In this document: positions 43,466 through 64,000 of the stretch, piece after piece
How positions within the stretch are numbered: the stretch's first letter is position 1
Layout: each line of letters starts with the position of its first letter
Assembly (NCBI RefSeq): GCF_009914755.1
Contig: NC_060938.1
DNA length: 64,000 nucleotides
Direction: 5' to 3' (one strand)
Source of the DNA: the human T2T-CHM13v2.0 reference genome, Homo sapiens
Notes under the pieces: model-generated
Seen by the model: the letters and a program-made list of their open reading frames with translations, nothing else
What the model was told of the DNA's origin: nothing
Database searches by the model: none
Made by a program: the position numbers and the translations under genes

Positions 43466-44907
43466 GTAAAGAAGGCTTGTTCTGTGGATTCATACTTGGT
43501 TTTTTATTAGCTGTGTTTTTCCATCTGCACAGTTGATAATGCATGTTCACTAAGTGGAATAAGAAAAACAAACTTTCACATTCTGAGTAATTATTAATTC
43601 TATAGCTAATACACTGTTTTCGTTGGGAGAAAAGAGCTATCAGAAAAGGATAAACATTTCTATGCATCTTTTGTGCAGTGGGGGAGCCCATGATAGTATT
43701 ATATCAAACAATACTATTTTTTTCTTTGTGTGTTGTAAATAGGTCTGATTTTTAAAATTTTTTCTTGATTCTTTTAGAGACAGGGTCTTACCTCGGCTGG
43801 AATGCAGGGGCATGATCATAGTTCACTGTAACCTTGAACTCTTGGGCTCAAGCAGTCCTCCCTCTGCAGTCTCTTGAGTAGGTTGGACTATAGGTGTGGG
43901 CTACCACACCTGTGTGCTAGGTCCAATTTTTATAGCAAGTTACAACGAATCTCTGTAACTATCTGGGTTTTTCTAGAAATTTTGGTCTTCTAGCAATTTG
44001 ACCTCCCGTCTCTCACCCCATCTCCAAATTGATACATTATTGTGAAGTAACAGTTGTGACAACTGCCTTCTCTCATTCTTTGTTCCCATGGCATTTTCAA
44101 ACTACTCTCATTCTAGTATTTGTGACATTATGCCAAAATTGCTTGTTTTGTTCTTCCTTCCATCCAAACTGTAAGTTCCCTGGGGATGTAGACAGTGTCT
44201 TGATACTATTTTATCTCTAATTTGTCTGACATGATACAATCATAGTGAAGATATTTAATATAGTTAAATTTAATACAGTATAGCCAAAATAATTAAAACA
44301 TTGGAATTAGTAGCTTAAATCTCAAGGGTGCCAGGGATTTGGCTTTGTAGAAAGTGCCATGAAATCAGTAAAATATTGAAGGCTAGAAGCATAAAGTGGC
44401 AATGTATAACGTCAACATTCTGAGAAGTAATGAACTGCTAGATAGGAGAGAACCTCTGCTTTCTGTTGATTCTACACTACTTTCTGAGATAATTTTTACA
44501 AGTGAATAAATTGAGGATACAGAACTCTCAGTGCTACTAATGCTACTTGATATATTTTTTTAGGTTGGTATCTAGGAAAACGAAAATTATTTGTTGGGTA
44601 TTCCTTGTGAAATAGGCACAAAGTGTGAGCTCTCTTTCTGAAAGTGACTATTTTACTTGTTTAGACACTTATTAGAATGACTTTAAGAATGAAGGGAACA
44701 TAGTGATAAATGACAAGATAATGCTTGTTATACATTTACATGTAGAGAGCACACTCTGGTGTGTTCCGTAGATACAGAACATTAAGACATTCTTTAACCT
44801 CTTAGCATGCAGGTTGTAATGTTGAAAAGAGGTGCTGTTGGAGATGTCATGTTTACTTCTCAATGATCGGAGTATTAAATGAAGCCTTTTATCATTCACT
44901 TTTACAG

Positions 44908-45058
44908 AGGAAGTGCTCTTCAGAAAAGGTTGCGTGATAGAGAAAAGGAAATGGAAGCAGATGAACGAGATAGGAAGAGAGAGAAGGAGGAGCTTGAGGA
45001 AATCAGGCAGCGCCTTCTGGCAGAAGGGCATCCAGATCCAGATGCAGAGCTCCAGAGG
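44908..45058 (+). CDS. RBM25: RBM25 exon 14
   Basis: cttttacag|A...AGG|gtaaga; (R)[15 protein letters not shown]...[10 protein letters not shown]. Confidence 0.96.
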
Positions 45059-45077
45059 GTAAGATACTGTACCATCT

Positions 45078-46307
<1,230 letters not shown>

Positions 46308-46396
46308 TAAAGATATTTTACAAGAGGTAATGTAAAACAAAAATCAAGTTGAATGGTGTAGAGTTGTAGTTAATCAGATTATTGTTTGGGTTTTAG

Positions 46397-46721
46397 ATGG
46401 AACAAGAGGCTGAGAGGCGCAGGCAGCCACAAATAAAGCAAGAGCCAGAATCAGAAGAGGAGGAAGAAGAAAAGCAAGAAAAAGAAGAAAAACGAGAAGA
46501 ACCCATGGAAGAGGAAGAGGAGCCAGAGCAAAAGCCTTGTCTGAAACCTACTCTGAGGCCCATCAGCTCTGCTCCATCTGTTTCCTCTGCCAGTGGCAAT
46601 GCAACACCTAACACTCCTGGGGATGAGTCTCCCTGTGGTATTATTATTCCTCATGAAAACTCACCAGATCAACAGCAACCTGAGGAGCATAGGCCAAAAA
46701 TAGGACTAAGTCTTAAACTGG
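46397..46721 (+). CDS. RBM25: RBM25 exon 15
   Basis: ggttttag|ATG...TGG|gtacgt; MEQEAERRRQPQIKQEPE...RPKIGLSLKL. Confidence 0.96.
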
Positions 46722-47093
46722 GTACGTTAGCATTTCCTTCCTTCTTTATTTTCTTCCCTTCACCCCTGCAAATACCTGTATTGTGCTTTAAAGAAAAAAA
46801 TTTATATTTGTGCTTGGTTAGGTAGATAGAAGATTACTAAAAAATGCCTTTCTAGCTCACGATTGTTTTCATAGTTTTACTAGTGCTCCTATATCTGCAG
46901 CTGCCTCGAGTTCTGAGAAGAAGTGAAAAGTTTAATTTTCTAGCACTTGTGAGTAGTGAGTTATTTTTTACAGTTGGGATCTTTCTCTAAGATTTGTGGA
47001 AGTATATTTTGCATTGCTTTTGAGGGATGGTGGGTTATAAAATGAAACATTTGGAAATTAAGTCATCTTGCTAAGAGAGTGTTTTTACTGTAG

Positions 47094-47368
47094 GTGCTTC
47101 CAATAGTCCTGGTCAGCCTAATTCTGTGAAGAGAAAGAAACTACCTGTAGATAGTGTCTTTAACAAATTTGAGGATGAAGACAGTGATGACGTACCCCGA
47201 AAAAGGAAACTGGTTCCCTTGGATTATGGTGAAGATGATAAAAATGCAACCAAAGGCACTGTAAACACTGAAGAAAAGCGTAAACACATTAAGAGTCTCA
47301 TTGAGAAAATCCCTACAGCCAAACCTGAGCTCTTCGCTTATCCCCTGGATTGGTCTATTGTGGATTCT
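47094..47368 (+). CDS. RBM25: RBM25 exon 16 (start of PWI region)
   Basis: ttactgtag|GT...TCT|gtgagt; (G)ASNSPGQPNSVKRKKLP...ELFAYPLDWSIVDS. Confidence 0.96.
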
Positions 47369-47717
47369 GTGAGTAGGAAATTATATTTCATCATATTATT
47401 GGGAACAGTTGGAATATGCCATACAAATTCATTTGAAGAAAAAAAAACCTCATTTGATTCTATTAATGACAAATAAGTAGGGATGATCATCTTGACACCA
47501 ACTCAATGCCATGGTCAAGAAATTAGTAATAATGGAAATTTTTTTTGTGCTACTTGAAGACTTACTAAAAGCAGATGATTGTATCTTGATACATATCTGT
47601 CTTAGTTCAACTTGTGAAATAACATTATATTTTAGTCTCAGGAAAAATCATGAAGCTTTAATAACTGTTATAGCAAGTTACAATTCTTTAATTCAGTAAC
47701 CGTGGTTTGTTTTGCAG

Positions 47718-47816
47718 ATACTGATGGAACGTCGAATTAGACCATGGATTAATAAGAAAATCATAGAATATATAGGTGAAGAAGAAGCTACATTAGTTGA
47801 TTTTGTTTGTTCTAAG
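47718..47816 (+). CDS. RBM25: RBM25 exon 17 (PWI motif)
   Basis: ttttgcag|ATA...AAG|gttagt; ILMERRIRPWINKKIIEYIGEEEATLVDFVCSK. Confidence 0.96.
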
Positions 47817-48535
47817 GTTAGTCTTCTATTCTCTTCCATGCCAGCATTTATTTTATATATTAAAATATTAGACACTTCTTAAAAGAGCAGAAATTTTACA
47901 GAGTCAAGTTCCATGATGGTTTAGGTTCAGTTAAGTGATTTATATCTGCTTTTTTAAAGTTATTTTTATTTTTGGTGTGTTTTTTTTTTATTCACTGCAG
48001 TGGATGCAGATTTATGTCTGCTTTAATGAACCTTTCCATCCAACTTCAGACTCCTCACACCACATGTTTTTATTTCAGTGGTCGAGGAGGATGGAATTGC
48101 TGGTTACTGCCAATTGTGTGCTGTCTTTCTGCCCCTGAGAATGCTGTGCCATCTTCTTCTTGTCTTGGTTGGAATAATTATGTTGAGATTTTTTGGACGT
48201 AGCCAATATCTTTTCCCAACTCCTTTGTCAGTCACCCATCCTTTGGATAGGATCAAAATAGTTCCTTTCATATCGTAGTAACGATCAGTGTTTATTGACT
48301 GACAGGCTGTGTTCTCGGCAGGTATTGTGTTAGTTTTGTTTGTTTTGTTTTGTTTTGTTTTTTGTTTTTTGTTTTTGTTTTTTCTTTTGAGTCGGAGTTT
48401 TGCTTTGTCCTACAGGCTGGAGTGCAGTGGCGCAATCATGGCTCACTGCAGCTTTGAACGCCCAGCCTAGACTGATCTTCCTGCCTTAGTATCCTGAGAA
48501 GCCGGAACTATAGGCATATGCCACCACACCCTGCT

Positions 48536-48810
48536 AATTTTTTTTTTCTTTTTTTGTTTTAAATTATACTTTAAATTCTAGGATACATATGCATAACGTG
48601 CAGGTTTGTTACATAGGAGTACATGTGCCATGGTGGTTTGCTACACCCATCAACCTGTCATCTACATTAGGTATTTCTCCTAATGCTCTCCCTCCCCTAG
48701 CTCCCCACCCGCCGACAGGCCCAGCTGTGTGATGTTCCCCTCCCTGTGTCCATGTGTTCTCATTGTTCAGCTACCACTTATGAGTGAGAACATGTGGTGT
48801 TTGGTTTACA
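48536..48810 (-). mobile_element. L1PA 3' end inserted into the linker of an antisense Alu (~48335-48955); a (+) Alu follows at ~48985-49285
   Basis: ttatactttaaattctaggatacat...ccacttatgagtgagaacatgtggtgtttggttt; ACACCnnGCTAATTTTTT on both sides. Confidence 0.85.
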
Positions 48811-48968
48811 CCAGGCTAATTTTTTGTATTTTTAGTGGAGATGGGGTTTCACCATGTTGGCCAGGCTGGTCTTGAACTCCTGACCTCAAGTGATCTGCCC
48901 AAGTTGGCCTCCCAAAGTGCGGGGATTACAAGGCGTGAGCCATCACACCAGCCGAAGATAAAGTTCTA

Positions 48969-49297
<329 letters not shown>

Positions 49298-49852
49298 CTA
49301 ACACTTAGAATCTGTCTGTCATGAATGTTATACCCATTTTATACATGAAGAAATTGAAGTTTAAGGAGAGATTGTGTCTTGGCTATGTTTTATACTGAGT
49401 CTAGCCTCTGAAACCCATGCTCTTAACCACTAAGGTATATCTTCCCATTGTCTCCTGAAAACATAGTCTTAACTTTAATAAAACAGTTAACATAGTAGAA
49501 ACACCATATTTCTATAAAGGTATAGCTATGGTATTTTTTTGCCAGTAGTGCTCTTTTGATATTATGAACAGTAAATTTACTCTGTCTTCTCTAACTTGTA
49601 ATTATTGTGGCATTAAAACTTGTGTGAGATTTGACTTAAAATTAGACTACAGACCACTATGGAGATTAATATTCCAGGTTTTGGTGCCTCTTTCGTTGAA
49701 GAATGATATTCTGAAAATTAAAACATTTATAGAATGGTTCCTTAGCCGCAAGAAGTTCCTGTATGAATTTGAGGATTCATACCTTAAAATTTCTTGACTG
49801 TATTGTTAATTTTTTATTTATTTTTAATGTGACAATTATTTTTCTCTTTTAG

Positions 49853-49900
49853 GTTATGGCTCATAGTTCACCCCAGAGCATTTTAGATGATGTTGCCATG
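49853..49900 (+). CDS. RBM25: RBM25 exon 18
   Basis: ctcttttag|GTT...ATG|gtaagt; VMAHSSPQSILDDVAM. Confidence 0.95.
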
Positions 49901-49949
49901 GTAAGTTAGAAATTCACTATTTTTATTTCTTTCAATTTAAAAAAAGTTT

Positions 49950-55118
<5,169 letters not shown>

Positions 55119-55265
55119 CTAAAACAACCTTAAAATCTTAACTAGCATTTAAGTAATAAGTGCTTATTGTCAGTGGATGAAAAACTTTTTTATACTGGCC
55201 ACTGTTTTTGGCAGATGTTGATGATTGCTTCTCTTACATGTGTTGCTGTTTTGTTTCCTCTTTAG

Positions 55266-55358
55266 GTACTTGATGAAGAAGCAGAAGTTTTTATAGTCAA
55301 AATGTGGAGATTATTGATATATGAAACAGAAGCCAAGAAAATTGGTCTTGTGAAGTAA
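55266..55358 (+). CDS. RBM25: RBM25 exon 19 coding part, including stop
   Basis: cctctttag|GTA; VLDEEAEVFIVKMWRLLIYETEAKKIGLVK then TAA at 55356-55358. Confidence 0.96.
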   Translation, partial: VLDEEAEVFIVKMWRLLIYETEAKKIGLVK

Positions 55359-56845
55359 AACTTTTTATATTTAGAGTTCCATTTCAGATTTCTTCTTTGC
55401 CACCCTTTTAAGGACTTTGAATTTTTCTTTGTCTTTGAAGACATTGTGAGATCTGTAATTTTTTTTTTTTGTAGAAAATGTGAATTTTTTGGTCCTCTAA
55501 TTTGTTGTTGCCCTGTGTACTCCCTTGGTTGTAAAGTCATCTGAATCCTTGGTTCTCTTTATACTCACCAGGTACAAATTACTGGTATGTTTTATAAGCC
55601 GCAGCTACTGTACACAGCCTATCTGATATAATCTTGTTCTGCTGATTTGTTTCTTGTAAATATTAAAACGACTCCCCAATTATTTTGCAGAATTGCACTT
55701 AATATTGAAATGTACTGTATAGGAACCAACATGAACAATTTTAATTGAAAACACCAGTCATAAACTATTACCACCCCCACTCTCTTTTGATCAGAAATGG
55801 CAAGCCCTTGTGAAGGCATGGAGTTTAAAATTGGAATGCAAAAATTAGCAGACAATCCATTCCTACTGTATTTCTGTATGAATGTGTTTGTGAATGTATG
55901 TGTAAAAGTCTTTCTTTTCCCTAATTTGCTTTGGTGGGGTCCTTAAAACATTTCCCAACTAAAGAATAGAATTGTAAAGGAAAAGTGGTACTGTTCCAAC
56001 CTGAAATGTCTGTTATAATTAGGTTATTAGTTTCCCAGAGCATGGTGTTCTCGTGTCGTGAGCAATGTGGTTTGCTAACTGGATGGGGTTTTCTTATTAA
56101 TAAGATGGCTGCTTCAGCTTCTCTTTTAAAGGAATGTGGATCATAGTGATTTTTCCTTTTAATTTTATTGCTCAGAAATGAGGCATATCCTAAAAATCCT
56201 GGAGAGCTGTATTTAATGCATTTTTGCACTAATTGGTCCTTAGTTTAATTCTATTGTATCTGTTTATTTAACAAAAAATTCATCATACCAAAAAGTGTAA
56301 GTGAAAACCCCCTTTAAAACAAAACAAAAAAATGAAATAAAATTAGGCAAATTGACAGACAGTGAGAGTTTTACAAACATGATAGGTATTCTGCTCGGCA
56401 ATTTGTAAGTTTACATGTTATTTAAGGATAAAGGTAAATCATTCAAGGCAGTTACCAACCACTAACTATTTGTTTTCATTTTTGTCTTGTAGAAGGTTTA
56501 TATCTTGTTTTACCTTGGCTCATTAGTGTTTAAAAATGTACTGATGATGTGCTTAGAGAAATTCCTGGGGCTTTCTTCGTTGTAGATCAGAATTTCACCA
56601 GGGAGTAAAATTACCTGAAAACGTAAGAAGTTTTAAACAGCTTTTCACACAAATTAGATGCAACTGTTCCCATGTCTGAGTACTTATTTAAAAGAAAGGT
56701 AAAGATTGGCCTGTTAGAAAAAGCATAATGTGAGCTTTGGATTACTGGATTTTTTTTTTTTTTAAACACACCTGGAGAGGACATTTGAAAACACTGTTCT
56801 TACCCTCGAACCCTGATGTGGTTCCATTATGTAAATATTTCAAAT

Positions 56846-56930
56846 ATTAAAAATGTATATATTTGATCCTGGGGACTCATATTCTTTCAGAATCATGTAA
56901 ATAAATGGCATCATGTTGTAATTGTGTGGT
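56846..56930 (+). terminator. Proximal polyadenylation signal region
   Basis: ATTAAA 56846-56851 and AATAAA 56900-56905, upstream TGTA motifs, downstream GT-rich tgttgtaattgtgtggtg. Confidence 0.7.
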
Positions 56931-57809
56931 GCATACTAGAAAAGTTAAAAATATGGGCTGAACTTTTTATGGACTTGATTTTTATGACTATTGGTATCTA
57001 AAGGTCAAGGAAGCCATTTACATTATTTTGGATGAATCTACTATACATCTATGGAAATGTCTCTTTTATTTTAAATTCTGGTTTCTCAACGGAAAATTTC
57101 AGAAAAGATGCCCCTTGCCATTTTCGTTAATTTTTCAGTCTTTTCTTAGACACACCCCCAGCCTAAGACCTTGTTCGAGGAGTTTATTGTGTCTGTCTTT
57201 TCTTAACATACTGCACTGTTCTTAAGCATCATATTGTGTTGTTTTTATTTAGCCACTATTAACATGAAGGTTTATTCAGGTAGATTTGATTTCCTTTGCT
57301 TCGTTTCTTCTCCTGCTCTGTCAACTGTACTTATCTTAAAGGGCCACTCTAAAAACAAGGGAGATGTCGTAATCTGAAACCTTTGGGGAGATGTACTCTG
57401 TACTGCATAACATCTCCAGTGAGGTTTGTGACAGGACCTCAACTAAATATATGAATTTGTGCAAGTTCATATATTAAAGTTTCTGCAGCAGAGTGAAAAT
57501 TGTTACAGTAAATGTGGTAGAAACTGTTAATCGCTTAATGCCAGTTTAAATCATGTTTTGTAACCAAGCTTCAGTAAAAGGCTTTAGATTGTCAGAGTTG
57601 GTTGATTTTTAGAATTGTATATATAAAGAATTAGACATTAAACAGGCATATTCTAGTGTCTGAAAATACACATAAGAAATTTCTATTAAGTTGCTTGAAC
57701 TTTGTGGGTTAATTTTACCATAATCTCATAAATTAATTTTAGTTTGAAAACCTTATACAGTATGAATTCATTTTGCCATTTCAAGTTGTTATATAAAGAG
57801 CATGAAAGT

Positions 57810-58156
<347 letters not shown>

Positions 58157-59409
58157 TGATCTGGCAAAAAAGTAGTAGAATACTACTTTTCTTTATTTGT
58201 CCCTAAAAATAAAGTATGTACATCTGTTCACAAGGAAGAAAGGTAAGTTTGAAGTTGTTTTTCTTAAACTTTAATGTGACCCCAAATCATCTGAGGAGTG
58301 CTTGTAGAAATAGAGACACTGAAGTAGCAGCGCTGGGGTGGCGCCGCAGGCTTTGCATTTCTGGACAGCTCCCAGCTAATGTCATTGCCAACTGATCCAA
58401 GACTACATTTTGATTAGCACTTTAAGGTGTCTATTCAGTATTATTTTATCCTAACAGACTACATAAATGCAGCTGAATTTTCCTTTAAGTAGATTTTAAA
58501 GAGAAAAACATTTTTTGAGGCAAATACACGTAACTCATGAACGTAATGTAATCTTGCAAAATTATGTCTGAGAAAGCCCTAATATTCTAGGCTTTTTTTC
58601 CATCCAGCCCTGAAAATTTTTTCTGTAGATAACTTTATGTTGTAACTTATTCTGAATCTTATTATGGCATTTCCCTGTAAACTATGTAAGTGTAAGCTAA
58701 TGATTATTTTGTGAAGCGTGCTGTTTCAGGTATTAATCTGCCATGAATACTAGATATAGTAGAAAAACTGAGAAAACATTTAGCTTGAGAGCCAATTTGA
58801 ACTAGACACTATCTTTTTTTCTCCTTTTTAATGGAATAAATTTAATGCAAATAAGTGTAAGCAGGTATACAATGTTTAGATGAGGCTTATTTTCCCAACT
58901 CTTTTTAACAGGTTTTATGATATCCCCAATTTATACCCAAAAGACTGCTGAGAGGTTTTATGTCAAATTGATTACAAACTTCTCTGGGTTGTATTTCAGT
59001 CTTCTGTTAAGTATGAAATTGAGAAATAGTTTTGCTCAACAAAAGATGATGAGGAATTGATTTGTGAATGTCACTGGAGATAAAAGGGTATGAGAAGGAA
59101 TCCCAAGCAGGCAAAGAAACAGTCTAGCTGTCAAGAAGAAAACAGGGAGATACATACCAAACCCAGGAGCTACTAATATAACAATCATACTATAGAGCGA
59201 AGTGAACTTACACTTTTTGATAAACTGATAGATTTTTTGTAATGTGATTATGGTAAAATACTGAAATATTTATGTTAATTTATTTGCATTTGAATGCTTA
59301 CATTTTTAATTGACAGAATCTTTGCATTTCATTACTTGAGTCATGAAGGCGAAATTAAAGAATGGCAGTCTAAAATACCCAGGTAAAGAAGATAATTTCT
59401 AGAAACAAA

Positions 59410-59486
59410 AATAAAAATTCTTTTCAAGCCATGTTGTTTGAATTAAATGACACTCCTGAGTCTGTCTACTTTTTTTTTTTTTTTTG
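59410..59486 (+). terminator. Distal polyadenylation signal region
   Basis: AATAAA 59410-59415 and ATTAAA 59442-59447, followed by gtctgtct and a T-run (Alu tail) as downstream element. Confidence 0.5.
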
Positions 59487-59929
59487 AGACAGCATCTTGA
59501 ACCCAGGAGGTGGAGGTTGCAGAGAGCCGAGATTGCGCCACTGCACTCCAGCGTGAGCAACAAGAGCAAAACTCCATCTCAAAAAAATACATGTATTTCT
59601 GTTAGCTGATCATCTAATGGTGGCAAAAAAAATTACACGAGTTCAGGAACATCATTAGACATAAATACAAAATACTATGTGAATTATCAAATGTGATAAG
59701 CTAACTGAGAGGAAATGGGAAATAGGAAGATTCTCAGTAGAAGTAGTAATATGTGGAAGGGGCTTTAGAGGTCACCTAGTCTGTTTTGCCCATTGTAATT
59801 ATGTCAGTAGTCCCTGCAGGTGGTTTATCTAGAGGAGTATATATGGGGTTCTAATTCATGGTCTAGCATTGCACTATTAAATAACCACTAATGACAAGTA
59901 GTTTTACATGCATTCACGTGAAATCTTTC

Positions 59930-60470
<541 letters not shown>

Positions 60471-60718
60471 GATAAAGGAAAAACTAGTGAGCATTTCACA
60501 TTGTAGAATCCAAAAACATGAAAGTTAATCTTTTCCTGTCAATTTACAGTTTTGTAAATGTACCCAGGTGAAGAGACTGGTCTGTTACTGTAGATAGAAA
60601 AGTACCAAAACAAAGTTTTACTTTGTTCAGTATACTGTCGAGGCAACTTTCTAAATGAGAGGGTCCAGGTTCTTGGTTAAAGAAGGAACTTAGAATTAAC
60701 AAAATAGTGACAAACATT

Positions 60719-61229
60719 TGCGGCAGCGCGCCTCAGGGCACCAGCTGCAGGGGTCTGCCCACAGACCCTGACCCTGCGACAGATGAATAAAGTACACTGA
60801 CACACAGATAGTCTGTTTTGCCAGTCCAGCTGAGGGTGTCCCACTGCTTACAGACTCCCTGGAGAGTTCTGAAAACAGTTGCAACTAGGCCTCAGTCAGC
60901 TAGTGAGACTTGCATTTATTCAAAAAGATTAAGGATGGCTTGAGTCAACACCATTAGAGGGTAATTGATATTGTGGACTTCCCAAGTAAAAAGCACTTAA
61001 CCCCCCGTGGTACATCCAAGATTAGTCTTAAGATCATATGACTAAACAAACTAGGTAAACTACTCTGCCTTCCTTTATTACTACTTTAATTTGTTTAAAA
61101 GTAAAGATCAGGTTGCCTTCAACCATATCTATCACCGAAGCTATGCAAACTTCTCGGCCTTCCAAGAATTGTATCTGTCTCTGTAACAATCTTTAATGTT
61201 TTTCCCACCAGCCTGATTGAATCCCAACA
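60719..61229 (-). mobile_element. Solo LTR, LTR22-like (HERV-K22/HML-5)
   Basis: Minus strand begins TGTTGGGATTCAATCAGGCTGGTGGGAAAA and ends ...GCTGCCGCA; internal AATAAA; ~510 bp; TSD not clean. Confidence 0.7.
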
Positions 61230-61887
61230 CATATTCAGAACTTAAGGCTAGAACAAGATGAGGAAGATATGACAGCCCGTGATTTTAAGCAATCTGAGGA
61301 AACCCATGCTTGCAAAGAATTCAAATGACGTGAGAGCTACTAAGATAAAATGTGGCCATGCACCAAGCCTTGACGGCAATATTTAATCTCATAACAATTC
61401 TTCTTTCCTCCTATATAAGAAGCATGGCAGCGACACTGTGCATAAATTAAGGCAAACTGTTGTTATGTGAAAATGTTAATGAGGTAGATTCCTTTGGAAT
61501 CATTAGTGTGAAGAGCTGGTTTTTGTTTTCCCATTGCCTAGGCCCTGACTTTAGTAGTGACTGATGCAGCTTTTCTAGTCTAACAACCCTCTCCCCCAAG
61601 TAATTCTTTGATGCCCTGCCCTTCAGCTTCATCTTTTACCACTTACTATTGGGTTTTGCCACCATTTATTTTATCATTCACTTATCTGTTCCTCTTCCTA
61701 AGTTACAAACGTTTCTGAAGCAAAAGAAAATGTATCACTGTAGAGAGTCTAGGACCTTTAGTGTTATTTGGTCGTTTACTTTTCATACACTGCAGCTTTT
61801 ACTGTTTTGAACCTTCATTGCTATAGTAGGTATTGAAAAATACTGAACGACCAGAAGTGATTTGATTTCTCCCTTATCTGGTAAATA

Positions 61888-62699
<812 letters not shown>

Positions 62700-63132
62700 A
62701 AATAATCCTTTCTTTTCTTTTTTCTTTTTCTTTTTTTTAATTTAAAAAAACAATTATTAGGCACCTTCTCTTCAGTTTATGACAGAATACACCTTACCCC
62801 TGTTTTTGTAAGCAGACGTACTCTATGCATCCCAATCTAGAAGACCCTCTCCCCCATGGCACTGTTTTCTAACTACATTCTACAGTTTCTTGAATGTTGC
62901 TCAGGTATTTCCTTTATCTGCTTTCTCCCTCGGGTCTGGAACATGGAGGAACAACACAAAAAATTTATCTTAGATCCTATCTCCTTTCCATTATACTATC
63001 AAGATTACAGAAATAGTATTTTATATATGCCCTCCAAATTTCTTGAGTTTCACTCAACCTATTCCAGTTTGTACTTCACCATTCCTCTGATGGCTGGTGA
63101 CAGCCTGTGTGAGAAACTGGGCATGTAAGAGG

Positions 63133-63596
63133 TATAAAAAGAAAATCTTGGGGACCCCAAATCACTAAGCTAAAGGGAAAAGTCTAGGTGGGAACTGCTT
63201 ATGGCCAACCTGCCTCCCATTCTATTCAGAGTTACCCCGCTGCTCACTGACATGGATGCATATCTGATTGCCTCCCTTCAAAAGGCTAATCAGAAACTCA
63301 AAAGAATGCAACCTTCATCTCTCACCTATCTGTGACCTGGAAGCCCCCTCCCAGCTTGGAGTCTTTCTGCCTTTGCTTCAAGTTGTCCCACTTTTCCAGA
63401 CTGAACCAATGTACTTCTTACATATGTTGATTGATGTCTCATGTCTCCCTAAAATGTATAAAACTAAGCTGTGCCCCGACCACCTTGGGCACATGTGAGG
63501 ACTTCCTGAGGCTGTGTCATGGGCACATGTCCTCAACCTTGGCAAAATAAACTTTCTAAATTAACTGAGACCTGTCTAAAATTTTCAGGATTCACA
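63133..63596 (+). mobile_element. Solo LTR, MER4A-like (ERV1)
   Basis: aaaatcttggggaccccaaatcactaagctaaagggaaaagtc...aaaataaactttctaaattaactgagacc...ttcaca; 4-bp TSD GAGG at 63129-63132 and 63597-63600. Confidence 0.8.
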
Positions 63597-63764
63597 GAGG
63601 CTATTCCTTAGTTTGTCTTTTAGCACCATGTACATTTCCTGTCTTCTTGGGACTCTTACTTGGTGTCTAGGATATCACTTTTTACTTGTTCCTGTAGTCT
63701 GTTTTTCCCAGTGTCTTGCTGGCTTTCCCCTGGGTGTTCATATTTATAAAAAGATGAAGGTAAA

Positions 63765-63980
63765 CAGGGCAACATAGCAGGACCTTGTGTCTACAAAAAA
63801 AACAAAAACAAAAACAAAAAAAGCCGGGCAAGGTGGCATGTGCCTGTAGTCCTAGCTACTTGGAAGGCTGAGGCGGGAGGATCGCTGGAGGCAAGGAACT
63901 CAAAGCTGCTGCAGTGAGCTTTGATTGTACCACCACCCTCCAGACTGGGCAACAGAGTGAGATCTTGTCTCTAAAAAGAG
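63765..63980 (+). mobile_element. Partial AluJ
   Basis: Diverged Alu motifs. Confidence 0.7.
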
Positions 63981-64000
63981 TAACAAAAATTTTTTAAAAA

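Overview
Human (or great-ape) genomic DNA containing the whole coding region of RBM25 (RNA-binding motif protein 25, a U1/LUC7L3-associated splicing factor) on the + strand. I assembled 18 coding exons (ATG 7209 to TAA 55358), all with GT-AG introns and consistent phases, into the 843-aa protein: Pro-rich N-terminus, RRM, RE/RD repeats and PWI domain. The non-coding first exon and promoter lie upstream of the window. The introns are very Alu-dense, mostly antisense, so nearly all ORFs in the supplied track are Alu artefacts. Main non-routine observations: (1) repeat-free intron 9 holds a cluster of candidate poison/decoy exons, strong extra 5' splice sites, RBFOX motifs and hairpins, suggesting a splicing-based autoregulatory module; (2) an antisense RMND1 retrocopy in intron 1 sits inside an Alu linker, is itself interrupted by an AluY, and appears to preserve an intronically polyadenylated RMND1 isoform; (3) intron 6 has a candidate alternative terminal exon/poly(A) site giving an RRM-only protein; (4) intron 6 also has a direct-repeat-flanked G-quadruplex insert; (5) the 3'UTR has tandem poly(A) sites with clustered Pumilio elements. 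Two solo LTRs lie downstream. I see no evidence for a wholly new system. Repeat subfamily names and boundaries are by eye and approximate.
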